From Bacillota bacterium (GTDB taxonomy: Bacteria > Bacillota > Dethiobacteria > Dethiobacterales > Dethiobacteraceae), in assembly GCA_012800795.1 (NCBI GenBank), contig JAAZIQ010000048.1:1279-65278 (forward strand): a stretch of 64,000 bases of DNA, given 5' to 3'. Under the pieces are notes generated by a model. That model worked only from the letters and a program-made list of their open reading frames with translations. It did not search any database and was not told where the DNA came from. This document shows, piece by piece, positions 38,715 to 47,706 of the stretch (position 1 is the stretch's first letter; every line of letters starts with the position of its first letter). The translations under genes were made by a program, and so were the position numbers.

Positions 38715-40076
38715 TTAGTTACCTGAACTTACTGCTGCCTGCAGCACCGTCCCTGCCACAGCCGCCGCAGCCCCGCTGCCACTGCCGCCATTTTCTATCA
38801 ACACCACAAAAGCCAGCGGATAATCATCCCTTGCTAAAAAGCCTGCAAACCAGGCATGCGGCCTCTTTCCTTGTCCCACTTCGGCCGTACCCGATTTAGC
38901 ACAAAGCTCAAGGTTTTTAAAGTTGTGCTCGCCATAAACACTTTTCGTATTATTTCTCATCATAGCCTTAAGTTTGGCAGCAGTTTCAGCTGATAAGATT
39001 TGTTTTTTTTGAATTCTTGATAAGAAACTATTGTTTTCTGCAATTAATTTTGGTGGAATGAGCACACCATTATTTGCAATTGCACCCACGAAAGCCATAA
39101 AGTTTAGTGGATTTGCCGTATTAGTGTATTGGCCGATGCCGGCCCAAGCCAGTTCTACATCAGCTGCATTTATAACATTCACTTTGCCTATGGCGGTTTT
39201 GATTCCATCCAACTCCAGAGATGAATTAAAACCGGCTAGATTCGCATATTTCTGTAAAGTGCTTGCCCCCAATTCCAAGGAAATTTGTGCAAAAGCTACA
39301 TTACAGGAATGAGCCAGAGCCTGCTCAAATGTGACGCTGCCATGCTCCCTCAAACAAGTAACCATATCAGCTCCAATTTTCATTTTCCCTTCGCAGTGGT
39401 AAAGTTTACTCTCAAGCCCAGGAAGATTATCCAGGGCAGCAGCAGCTGTAACCAGCTTAAAAATGGAACCCGGAGGATAAACAGATGAAAGAAAACGGTT
39501 AAGATAAACCCCTTCATATTGCTCTGGTGAACCTTCAATATTGGGAGGATTTGCCGGATCAAAGGACGGTGAACTAACCATACAAAGAATTTCCCCCGTC
39601 TGGTAATTATAAACCCCTACTGCTCCTTTACGGCCGTTAAGCGCTTTGTATGCTGTTGCACATAACTTGCCTTCCAAAGTAAGGTAAAGATCAGCACTGT
39701 CACCCATTTTTCCCCGAAATCGATATACTCCATTTAGCAGGTTCCAACCGATTAAATGTTCCCCAAATGCAACTTTAACACCGGTTGCAACGTTGTTGTG
39801 CAGATCTCCGACTGCATGCATCAGGGCGGTACGGACGGCCTTATCCTGATGAAATTTTGTACTGCCATCCTTTACTTCCAGCAAAATCTCACCTGAACGA
39901 TCGTATATACTGCCGGAAGCCTTTAACTTTCCATTATTAAAAAGATGCTTGTTGGTGGGATGCTGCACCCAGGCGGAAGCATGGTTTAAATACTGTATGA
40001 TAAAGGCTGCAATGCCAAAAACAAGCAGGCTTGATAATAAAAATAAAACAACTGAACGTTTAAACAATAGCTTCAT
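38715..40076 (-). CDS. Class B penicillin-binding protein (PbpA/FtsI-type transpeptidase)
   Basis: TM anchor and SxxK (SIFK), SxN (SCN), KSG (KSGT) motifs. Start set at ATG 40076. Confidence 0.9.
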   Translation of the reverse strand: MKLLFKRSVVLFLLSSLLVFGIAAFIIQYLNHASAWVQHPTNKHLFNNGKLKASGSIYDRSGEILLEVKDGSTKFHQDKAVRTALMHAVGDLHNNVATGVKVAFGEHLIGWNLLNGVYRFRGKMGDSADLYLTLEGKLCATAYKALNGRKGAVGVYNYQTGEILCMVSSPSFDPANPPNIEGSPEQYEGVYLNRFLSSVYPPGSIFKLVTAAAALDNLPGLESKLYHCEGKMKIGADMVTCLREHGSVTFEQALAHSCNVAFAQISLELGASTLQKYANLAGFNSSLELDGIKTAIGKVNVINAADVELAWAGIGQYTNTANPLNFMAFVGAIANNGVLIPPKLIAENNSFLSRIQKKQILSAETAAKLKAMMRNNTKSVYGEHNFKNLELCAKSGTAEVGQGKRPHAWFAGFLARDDYPLAFVVLIENGGSGSGAAAAVAGTVLQAAVSSGN

Positions 40077-40112
40077 GCGACTCACCTTTGTTCCATTCTG
40101 TGCCCAAATTAG

Positions 40113-41831
40113 TTATTGTTTTACAGAGCGAATTAATGCCAATAGTGCCCACGAGGTTATCATAGAAGAGCCACCATTGGAGATAAACGGAATGGTTACA
40201 CCGGTTAGTGGCAAAATGTCTGTTGAACCTAAAACATTTAATGCTGTCTGTACCACAAGAATAGTGGCTGCTCCACAGGCAGAAATGGTATAGAATGCCG
40301 AACGGCTGTTGCCCGCTAAAAGAACTGGATAGATACCCAAAAAAACAATTATTGAAACTACCACCAGCGCAATCAGAAGTCCCCATTCCTCACAAAGTAT
40401 ACCAAAAACCAAATCAGTATCGGCTGCAATTACATTAACCAAGTAGCCGTTACCGCCGCCTACACCTAAAAGGCCACCGCTGGCAGCGGCTATCATTGTG
40501 CGTGTTTGTTGATAACCAGAGGTATTGGCGAACTGCCAGGCTCTTCTCCATACTGCAAAACGTTTAGTAACATAAGGAACAAATGCCACAACTCCTATAC
40601 CGACAAAGAAAGCAGCTGCCACCAATAGAGCAAGTGAGCGAATATCTCCTGATTGCATAAACGCCATTATTACAAAAGCAGCAAAAAAAACTAATGCCGT
40701 GCCAAAATCTCTTATGAGGACAAGTGTCAGAATACAGGCACAAGAAAAAGCAATAAAAGCAGCCATATTGCGTGTTGTAAGCAGCCTATCCAATGTAGCC
40801 GTACCGGCCAATACAAAAGCCACCTTCACAAACTCCATAGGTTGAAAGGTGATAAAGCCAAGGTTTATCCAGTTTTTTGCACCGAAATAGGTTTCCCCCA
40901 GTGCCAGATTCATAACCAGCAACACAAGGGCACCACTCATTAAGAAATATTTTATTTTTACCGCTTGCCCCAGCTTCTGAAATAGAAAGTCAATCACAGT
41001 ATAAACTGTCATACCGATTAGAATTGCAGTAAGCTGTTTGTAAAGTGAATTTGGTGCTGCTGATGCCACAATGAGCATATTCATCCCGCAAAGAAAATAA
41101 GCAAGCAAAACCATTTCAAGAGCATTACGCTTGTAGCAGCGTAAAAGCAGGTAATGAGAACATTCTGCCAAAAGCAAAAGCAAGATACTCGCCGGCAGTG
41201 CGGGCATAACAGCAGATCCTTTTGCAACAACAAGCTGTAAAGCTCCCAGTAGCTGATAGATTAAAATTAAAAGCAAAGTGAAAGTAGTTGTGCTTCTTCT
41301 ATTTTCTGATATTTTACCTAAAGGTTCAGTCTCAGCAGCTAACAGCAGCAAATCTAAGCCTGCCAAAGTAATTGTATCTCCGAAATTTAGTGTCTGCCGC
41401 CCCTCTATCTCAGCTCCGTTAACCTTTATGCCGCCCTTGGAGCCTAGATCGGTAATGGACCAAATGCCATCATGAAATGTAAGCACGGCATGATTTCTAG
41501 AAATAAATGGCAGATTTATCATGATATCGGAGTTTTTGCCGCGCCCGATCATGCTTTCCCAACTTGTAATGGGGAACCAGATATCATTAAACAGATACAG
41601 GTTACCCCAAATGGTTTTTGTTTTTCTCTCGCGCAAAAGCGGCAAAACACACCATAAAAATATTATTATAGATAATATGGGAAGTATCCATCTTACTAAA
41701 AAGGTATAATAATCTCCTGTTACAGAAAAAATCTTAAGAGTTATAACGGGCCTTTTAACAAATTTAAGCAAGTTGTTTATATCCTGCTGTACAATTTGTT
41801 TTACACTTTCCAGAAAACTAATCATTTTCAC
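40113..41831 (-). CDS. FHA domain fused to a SEDS (FtsW/RodA/SpoVE) glycosyltransferase
   Basis: N-terminal TM helix, FHA signature (GRGKNSDIMINLPFISRNHAVL...DLGSKGGIKVNG), then a roughly 10-TM SEDS core. Confidence 0.9.
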   Translation of the reverse strand: MKMISFLESVKQIVQQDINNLLKFVKRPVITLKIFSVTGDYYTFLVRWILPILSIIIFLWCVLPLLRERKTKTIWGNLYLFNDIWFPITSWESMIGRGKNSDIMINLPFISRNHAVLTFHDGIWSITDLGSKGGIKVNGAEIEGRQTLNFGDTITLAGLDLLLLAAETEPLGKISENRRSTTTFTLLLILIYQLLGALQLVVAKGSAVMPALPASILLLLLAECSHYLLLRCYKRNALEMVLLAYFLCGMNMLIVASAAPNSLYKQLTAILIGMTVYTVIDFLFQKLGQAVKIKYFLMSGALVLLVMNLALGETYFGAKNWINLGFITFQPMEFVKVAFVLAGTATLDRLLTTRNMAAFIAFSCACILTLVLIRDFGTALVFFAAFVIMAFMQSGDIRSLALLVAAAFFVGIGVVAFVPYVTKRFAVWRRAWQFANTSGYQQTRTMIAAASGGLLGVGGGNGYLVNVIAADTDLVFGILCEEWGLLIALVVVSIIVFLGIYPVLLAGNSRSAFYTISACGAATILVVQTALNVLGSTDILPLTGVTIPFISNGGSSMITSWALLALIRSVKQ

Positions 41832-41837
41832 TTACCT

Positions 41838-41934
41838 TTTCCCTTACTTTCACTTCCTTATTATTTCTCTATATTCTTTAGCGAACCTGCTTGAACTTCC
41901 TCTCAATTATTATATTGCTTTCCCTTACTGTCAC
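41838..41934. repeat. 16-nt direct repeat (15/16), copies 81 bp apart
   Basis: TTTCCCTTACTTTCAC (41838) and TTTCCCTTACTGTCAC (41919), in the divergent promoter region. Confidence 0.5.
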
Positions 41935-42020
41935 ACTCAAGTATTGAAAAACATATACTACTTTAGGCTTACTGCAGTAAAGAAAAATATCTACAATTGA
42001 TCAAGGAAGGTAGGTATAAA

Positions 42021-42830
42021 ATGAAAAGTCCTCAATGTCATAAGTGTTTATGTGAATATAATCGCCTTACTGAGGCACGCTTTTGGTCAAGAATCCTTAT
42101 GGAACACGCTCTGTTTATTCAATTGGGGTTAGCGCCCAATGAAGAAAAGCTCAGCGCTGAAGCGCAAAGATTTGTAGATTTGTTTGATAATTTATTAAAC
42201 AGGCTAAATAAAGTAAAAAGACTAAATCCGGAGTTATTGGAAGAATTAATAGAAGCAGTAAAAGCTATTATTGAGTTTAAGGCAAAAGTTTTAAGACTTA
42301 TTATTCAATGTAAAATGCGGCCCGGCAGTAATTATCCCTTATTGTTGGACCATATCAGAAGAGAAGCGGAACGCTTTTTAAATCTCTTAACAACACCTGT
42401 AGCAGAAGATGCGCTGACTCTCTTGCTGCAGCAAGAAGTTTTCTGGTTACGCATCATGAAGGAGCATATTGAATTTATCATTCATTTATTAGATCCATCC
42501 GAAAGAGAACTTCTAGAACAAGCACATGAGTTTAGAAAGACATTCTCCAGGTTACTGGAAACTGCCCGAGATTTAGATTCCATGGCAGAAACATCACCTG
42601 GTAAATTTAATGATGTGATACAATTTACTAAAAATGTAATTCAACATACTAAACAGCTTAGCAATTTTAAAGCAGCGGCATTTGAACTGGATGAAGCATG
42701 TAAAATCTTGGGGATTATTGCCGACCCTCTGCTACTCGACCATGTTCGGCGTGAAGCAGACAAATTCCTTTCTGAACTAGATGAACTGTTACCTGAAGTT
42801 GAAAAGTGCTACTTCGGCCAAGTAAGATAA
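42021..42830 (+). CDS. DUF2935 family protein
   Basis: Duplicated helical modules with repeated FW...MEH..F motifs. Start set at ATG 42021. Confidence 0.7.
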   Translation: MKSPQCHKCLCEYNRLTEARFWSRILMEHALFIQLGLAPNEEKLSAEAQRFVDLFDNLLNRLNKVKRLNPELLEELIEAVKAIIEFKAKVLRLIIQCKMRPGSNYPLLLDHIRREAERFLNLLTTPVAEDALTLLLQQEVFWLRIMKEHIEFIIHLLDPSERELLEQAHEFRKTFSRLLETARDLDSMAETSPGKFNDVIQFTKNVIQHTKQLSNFKAAAFELDEACKILGIIADPLLLDHVRREADKFLSELDELLPEVEKCYFGQVR

Positions 42831-42853
42831 ACTTCTTTTTACAATATGGACAA

Positions 42854-42892
42854 AAGGGAGTACCCATATATAGCTGGGACTCCCTCTTTTTT
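42854..42892 (+). terminator. Rho-independent terminator
   Basis: AGGGAGT/ACTCCCT stem plus T6. Confidence 0.8.
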
Positions 42893-42992
42893 GTTGTGAA
42901 CACATCAGAAAATAACTTGCTGTAGACAGATTGCGGTAGAATACTCGTTAAATAAAAAGAATGGTTCGCGCTGCTGAACAATCTTTTTCTCT

Positions 42993-43208
42993 TTATTCTT
43001 TAGCTGCTAAAACCTTCTTGATTACTTCAATTTTTTCCTCTAAGGCTTTAATTTCTACTTCATATTTCTTTACGGTGCTTCCGGGCAAATGAATGCCGGT
43101 CTGCCCTAGAACAATTTTTCTTTCTTCCCGTATATCTTCAAGTTCCTCCTGCAGTTGGCTCAACAGCTGCTCCAACTCATTCCTTTCCATTTTTCCATAT
43201 TCCCGCAT
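42993..43208 (-). CDS. Hypothetical coiled-coil protein (71 aa)
   Basis: GGAGGAGG RBS, 23 nt downstream of purC, heptad-rich acidic sequence. Confidence 0.5.
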   Translation of the reverse strand: MREYGKMERNELEQLLSQLQEELEDIREERKIVLGQTGIHLPGSTVKKYEVEIKALEEKIEVIKKVLAAKE

Positions 43209-43231
43209 AAGCCTCCTCCAAGCATTTCCAA

Positions 43232-43912
43232 TTATTGATGCAGTACCAGTTGTGCTAATTCTAAAGGAGCAATATGCCGGCCACCCTTATAAGCACGCAT
43301 ATTTCCACCTGATATTTCATCAATTAAAACTATTTGATCATTAATTTTGCCAAACTCAAATTTTATATCGTACAGCTCTATATTAACCTTAGCCAGCTCT
43401 TCCTTAACCACCTCGGCAATTGTTTTAGTTAAATCTTTAATTTCTTTATATTCATCCGCCGTTAGAATCCCCAGCATCACCAGGGCATCTTTATTTATAA
43501 AGGGATCACCTTTTTCATCATCTTTAATGGTAAACTCCACAAGAGCATCAAGGGGCTGGCCAGGCTGCACATATTTCTCATAGCGGCGCAAAAAACTACC
43601 CACCGCTCGATAACGGCAAATTACTTCTAACCCTTCGCCAAAAACCACAGCAGGCTTGACTTTCATTGTTGCTTTTTCAATATCTGCTGCTATATAATGA
43701 GTCGGTATAGCTTTTGACTGTAAGATTTCGAAAAAATGTTTTGTTAAAAGCAAACCGGCCTTGCCTGCACCTTCAATGGTCAGCCCAACTGTGTTGGCAC
43801 CAGGGTCAAATACTCCATCTTCGCCGGTACAATCATCCTTGAATTTAAGCAAATAATTACCGTCAGCTAGTGCATAAACATCTTTGGTCTTACCTTTATA
43901 AAGCAGCTCCAT
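43232..43912 (-). CDS. purC: SAICAR synthetase
   Basis: LLYKGKTKDVY N-terminus and a full-length PurC-like sequence. Confidence 0.93.
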   Translation of the reverse strand: MELLYKGKTKDVYALADGNYLLKFKDDCTGEDGVFDPGANTVGLTIEGAGKAGLLLTKHFFEILQSKAIPTHYIAADIEKATMKVKPAVVFGEGLEVICRYRAVGSFLRRYEKYVQPGQPLDALVEFTIKDDEKGDPFINKDALVMLGILTADEYKEIKDLTKTIAEVVKEELAKVNIELYDIKFEFGKINDQIVLIDEISGGNMRAYKGGRHIAPLELAQLVLHQ

Positions 43913-44026
43913 TATATTATCCCCTTCTCCTATATCTATTTTATTTTACACAAAAAACCAGCATAGTTTCAAGAGAAATAACCAGTTTTCTGAGTAAAAC
44001 CGTTTGCAAGTTAAAAGTTGTGTAAT

Positions 44027-44683
44027 TTATGAAAATAGGCTAAAATTAGGCAGCAAAAACAAGACGGTAATAAAATGGCAGGCGCTTCCGGCCAACACAA
44101 AAAGATGCCAAATAGCATGATTATATTTTATCTGCTGCAGGGCAAAAAAGATGGTACCCACACTGTAAAAAACGCCACCGGCTATTAAAAACTTAAAACC
44201 TATACTAGTCATGCCGGCAATAATGGGTTTAATGGCAACTAAAATAAAAAAGCCCATTGCTACATATAAAAGAGTAGAAAAAACAATATGTTTATTTATA
44301 TAAAATATCTTATAAATAATCCCTAAGATCGCCACCGCCCAGATAATAGCTAGTATATATAAACCTATTCCCTCTCTTAAAATAGTCAAAGTTATGGGGG
44401 TATAACTACCTGCAATTGTCAAATAGATACAGGCATGATCTATAATTTTAAGCACTTTTTTAGCCTTTCCTTTTGGGAAACCATGATAAAGCGTTGAAGC
44501 TATATACAAAAAAACATGACTAACACCAAAGACAGTAAAGGAAATCCTGTGCCATATATTGCCATACCTGTTGGCATAAACAATTAAAACAATCAGGGCG
44601 GGAATTGCTAAACAGGCACCAATCCCATGCGATATTGCATTTACTATTTCTTCTTCTTTGGTAAGCTCTCTTACTTTTACCAT
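44027..44683 (-). CDS. Hemolysin III / PAQR family membrane protein
   Basis: Seven TM helices with conserved HGIG, DH and H..V motifs. Confidence 0.9.
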   Translation of the reverse strand: MVKVRELTKEEEIVNAISHGIGACLAIPALIVLIVYANRYGNIWHRISFTVFGVSHVFLYIASTLYHGFPKGKAKKVLKIIDHACIYLTIAGSYTPITLTILREGIGLYILAIIWAVAILGIIYKIFYINKHIVFSTLLYVAMGFFILVAIKPIIAGMTSIGFKFLIAGGVFYSVGTIFFALQQIKYNHAIWHLFVLAGSACHFITVLFLLPNFSLFS

Positions 44684-44874
44684 CTTCTGCCTCTCCCTCT
44701 CAATTCAGTGCTTTTCTTCGTTAAAGTTCGTAAAGAAAGATCCAAGCAGCTCTCATTGTAATATAATTTCTTACTATTTTCAACTTAACTGTTTAACCCT
44801 CTTCCTGCCAAATGTTGTTTTTTATTCCCTCTTAGTTTATACTATTACCAAAAGTGGGAAGGAAGGTGATCCTA

Positions 44875-45393
44875 ATGAGCTTTATTGAACTTGCCCAAAA
44901 ACGCTATTCTGTCCGCCAATATCAAGCAAAAAAAGTTGAGCAGGATAAAATAGAAGCCATTTTAGCGGCAGGCAGATTAGCTCCAACAGCTGTGAACAAA
45001 CAGCCGCAAAAAATTTTGGTCGTTAATACTGAAGAAGGTCTGGAAAAGTTAAAAAAGGCAGCAAATATTCATGGTGCCCCGCTGGCATTTATAGTTTGTG
45101 CCGACCACTCAATTAGTTGGAAAAGGCGCTATGATGGCATGGATTCAGGAGTAATTGACGTTACAATAGTTACAACATATATGATGCTGGCAGCCACGGA
45201 ACATGGTTTAGGTTCCATTTGGGTCTGCCATTTTAATCCTGAGCTATTAAAGTCTGAATTCAAACTACCTGAAGAAATTGAACCGGTCAATATTTTAGGC
45301 GTTGGTTATGCTGCTGGGCCAGCAAAATCTCCGAATAGATATGCACAAGATCGCAAACCGCTAAGTGAGACAGTTTTTTATGAAAAATTTTAG
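44875..45393 (+). CDS. Nitroreductase family protein
   Basis: RYSVRQY N-terminal motif and about 172 aa. Start set at ATG 44875. Confidence 0.85.
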   Translation: MSFIELAQKRYSVRQYQAKKVEQDKIEAILAAGRLAPTAVNKQPQKILVVNTEEGLEKLKKAANIHGAPLAFIVCADHSISWKRRYDGMDSGVIDVTIVTTYMMLAATEHGLGSIWVCHFNPELLKSEFKLPEEIEPVNILGVGYAAGPAKSPNRYAQDRKPLSETVFYEKF

Positions 45394-45402
45394 CTTATTA
45401 TT

Positions 45403-45433
45403 AATGCCCGCTATCAATAGCAGGGCATTTTAT
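45403..45433. terminator. Bidirectional terminator
   Basis: AATGCCC/GGGCATT stem. Confidence 0.75.
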
Positions 45434-45435
45434 AT

Positions 45436-45912
45436 TTAGCAATTTAGTTTTAAGCGCTTTGCTGTGATTTTTTCTACTGTTAATTTTAAAACTGTAACAT
45501 TTGCTACGGATTCATTTGTAAAATTATAATTTGCACCAGCATCATACTTATCCATTATTGCTTTCAGGCCTAAAAGTTTTTCCTGACCGTATACTTGGCA
45601 TATCCTGCCATAACCTATTATACTTTCATATTCCATAGTATAGCTGCAGGCCTCTTCTCTTTTAATTAATTTATGATCACAATCCATTTCGAAGGCCACA
45701 TGTGGGTTATTGGCCATTAAGCTCATTTTCTTGCCGCTACCGGCACCATGAAAGTATAAGAACAGAGCATCATCAGTTACGATAAAACCAAAGTTTAGTG
45801 GAACTATGTATGGATATTCTCTGTCAAAAAAGGCTAATCTGCAGACATCGCACTTTTTAATAATTTTTATTATCTCATTTCTTTCTACAACTTGACGATC
45901 CTTACGCCTCAT
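45436..45912 (-). CDS. PNPOx-like FMN-binding protein (NimA-like)
   Basis: MRRKDRQV N-terminus typical of this family. Start set at ATG 45912 after GGGAAGGGAG. Confidence 0.8.
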   Translation of the reverse strand: MRRKDRQVVERNEIIKIIKKCDVCRLAFFDREYPYIVPLNFGFIVTDDALFLYFHGAGSGKKMSLMANNPHVAFEMDCDHKLIKREEACSYTMEYESIIGYGRICQVYGQEKLLGLKAIMDKYDAGANYNFTNESVANVTVLKLTVEKITAKRLKLNC

Positions 45913-45940
45913 AAATCTCCCTTCCCTTATGTTATTTAAT

Positions 45941-45972
45941 AAAAAAGTGCCGTTAATTTGCGGCACTTTTTG
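45941..45972. terminator. Bidirectional terminator
   Basis: A6-GTGCCG...CGGCAC-T5. Confidence 0.8.
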
Positions 45973-45974
45973 TT

Positions 45975-46118
45975 TTATAAATGGTATGATAGAAAGCGGA
46001 AAATTTCTTTCTCTATCTCCATAAAAATATCTAATAAATATACCTGCTCATCCTCAGATAAATTATATTTTTCAATTAATTCTTCTCGCGAAAGAACACT
46101 CCCGTACTTTTTCTCCAT
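45975..46118 (-). CDS. Small hypothetical protein (47 aa; below the ORF-track cutoff)
   Basis: Strong GGAGAGAAGGGGAG RBS and an ATG 26 nt after the upstream gene. Translates to MEKKYGSVLSREELIEKYNLSEDEQVYLLDIFMEIEKEIFRFLSYHL. Confidence 0.4.
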   Translation of the reverse strand: MEKKYGSVLSREELIEKYNLSEDEQVYLLDIFMEIEKEIFRFLSYHL

Positions 46119-46144
46119 AACTCCCCTTCTCTCCTTTTTCAGCT

Positions 46145-47293
46145 TTAATATTTACCGTACTCTTTTACAAATTCAATGACGGCCTGTAAATTTTCGGTTT
46201 TAAAGTCACTGCCACGAATGGCCGCTTTACTTGCAGAAAAAATATAATTTCCGCCAACAGCCAAATTGTCCAATGTTCTCTTTGCTTCTTCTATACACTC
46301 CTCTTTAGTACCTGTCTTCAAAACTATAGCCGGAAAACCATGGCTGAAAACATGGCGTGTCGTTACTTTTTCTGCTATCAGCTTCTGGTCGGAATCCTCA
46401 AAAGCAAGTTTAACCGTACCTGGCAAATCGTTTAAGAGGTCAAGATGTGGATCCCAGTTCTGCTCACAGAAAATTGAAGGCATAAATCCTTCTTCCTGAG
46501 TGGCTATTATTAATTTTTTAAAGGTTGGCCACCAAAACTTCTCCACTTCTTTGGGACGCATAAAAGGCGGCATATGTAAGGGATAACTAATGCAAGGTAT
46601 GGCACCCCTTTTAGGCGTATTTTTTATTTGTCTGATTTCATACTCCAGCACGGCTTCGCATGCCTCAAGTACCCACTGTGGCTTTCTCTTAATATCTATT
46701 AAAATTGTCGAAAAACTACGAATATAATCAGCGATAAAATCAAAAGGCGCCCACAGTAAACCACACATCCCTATCACATTGGCCCGCTGATATTTTTCAA
46801 CTAATCTAGGTCCCATGCCGGCAAACTTCGAAGCCACCACATCGCGCGCTATTTTTATTTTTATATTTCCCAGCAGCGGATCCTCCTGTAAAATTCCAAA
46901 TACACGCGGCTGTATTTTTCTCACTATAAACTCAAAGGGATCTTTAATAAACTCGGGGTATTCATCAAATTCCAACGGCGCAATGTCGGGATGCTGATAA
47001 AAACCATCGGCGCCCGGCTGCATGAATTTTTGATCTACATACCGGTAGACGGCAGCCTGACTGAAAGGATTCGTCGGCAGTGTGTCAGAGTCAAAAAGAC
47101 GCGCCATTTCTTCAGCTGCCTCATAAATTCTTTCCGGACTATATAAGTCGCGCAAAAGATTGTAACCAACTTTTTCGAGTGCAGCCTCTACTGTTATGCC
47201 AATACTAATGGGGACCCTGGCAGGCCTTTTACCGCTATGGACATCGAGAAATAATTGGTTTCTTTCTTCTTGCAAAGTTTGTTGCGCACACAT
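46145..47293 (-). CDS. Uroporphyrinogen decarboxylase (URO-D) superfamily protein, MtaA/CmuA-like methyltransferase candidate
   Basis: Length and N-terminal region (GKRPARVPI) resemble the URO-D/MtaA family. The assignment is tentative. Confidence 0.55.
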   Translation of the reverse strand: MCAQQTLQEERNQLFLDVHSGKRPARVPISIGITVEAALEKVGYNLLRDLYSPERIYEAAEEMARLFDSDTLPTNPFSQAAVYRYVDQKFMQPGADGFYQHPDIAPLEFDEYPEFIKDPFEFIVRKIQPRVFGILQEDPLLGNIKIKIARDVVASKFAGMGPRLVEKYQRANVIGMCGLLWAPFDFIADYIRSFSTILIDIKRKPQWVLEACEAVLEYEIRQIKNTPKRGAIPCISYPLHMPPFMRPKEVEKFWWPTFKKLIIATQEEGFMPSIFCEQNWDPHLDLLNDLPGTVKLAFEDSDQKLIAEKVTTRHVFSHGFPAIVLKTGTKEECIEEAKRTLDNLAVGGNYIFSASKAAIRGSDFKTENLQAVIEFVKEYGKY

Positions 47294-47462
47294 TTATTAA
47301 TCCACCTCCAAAATTATTGTACATCTTTCCCATGTCGCAAAAATCTTTATAGTGAAAAATCACAAAGAAGAACCATTATTATAATATCACTGGAGAAGAA
47401 AGCATGTCAATCAATTGCAAATTATCATATTTGTCTGACTATATTGCCCAAAAATTTTTCTT

Positions 47463-47652
47463 CTACTTTTTAAAGCGGTTCCCTGTATTTAACAAAATAA
47501 CGGCAACTATGATGGCAATTGCAAAAATACTCCAGCTAATTATTAAAATATCAGTGCTTTTTCGCTGACAGCTATAATAATACCGAAAATTGTCAGATAA
47601 GAAGCAAGTAATAAAAGGAAATTGCCCACAAAACGTGTTAATGCATTTTCAT
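47463..47652 (-). pseudogene. Possible decayed small 2-TM membrane protein gene
   Basis: AAGGAG RBS plus ATG, then a stop after 4 codons. Two other frames carry hydrophobic stretches (FVGNFLLLLASYLTIFGIIIAV; SWSIFAIAIIVAVILL). Confidence 0.3.
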
Positions 47653-47706
47653 TATATTTTTCCTTATTTCTTACTCCTTATAATGTAATAATTTTTAATC
47701 ATGCTG

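Noticed and set aside
38651-38899. 82-aa + strand ORF spanning the PBP / phosphoesterase junction
   Set aside because: It is antisense to two supported - strand genes, its proline-rich translation comes from the GC-rich complement, and it has no RBS.
43913-44026. Looked for a purine riboswitch or terminator between the hemolysin-III gene and purC
   Set aside because: Only a CTGGTT direct repeat is present. There is no purine-riboswitch core and no convincing hairpin.
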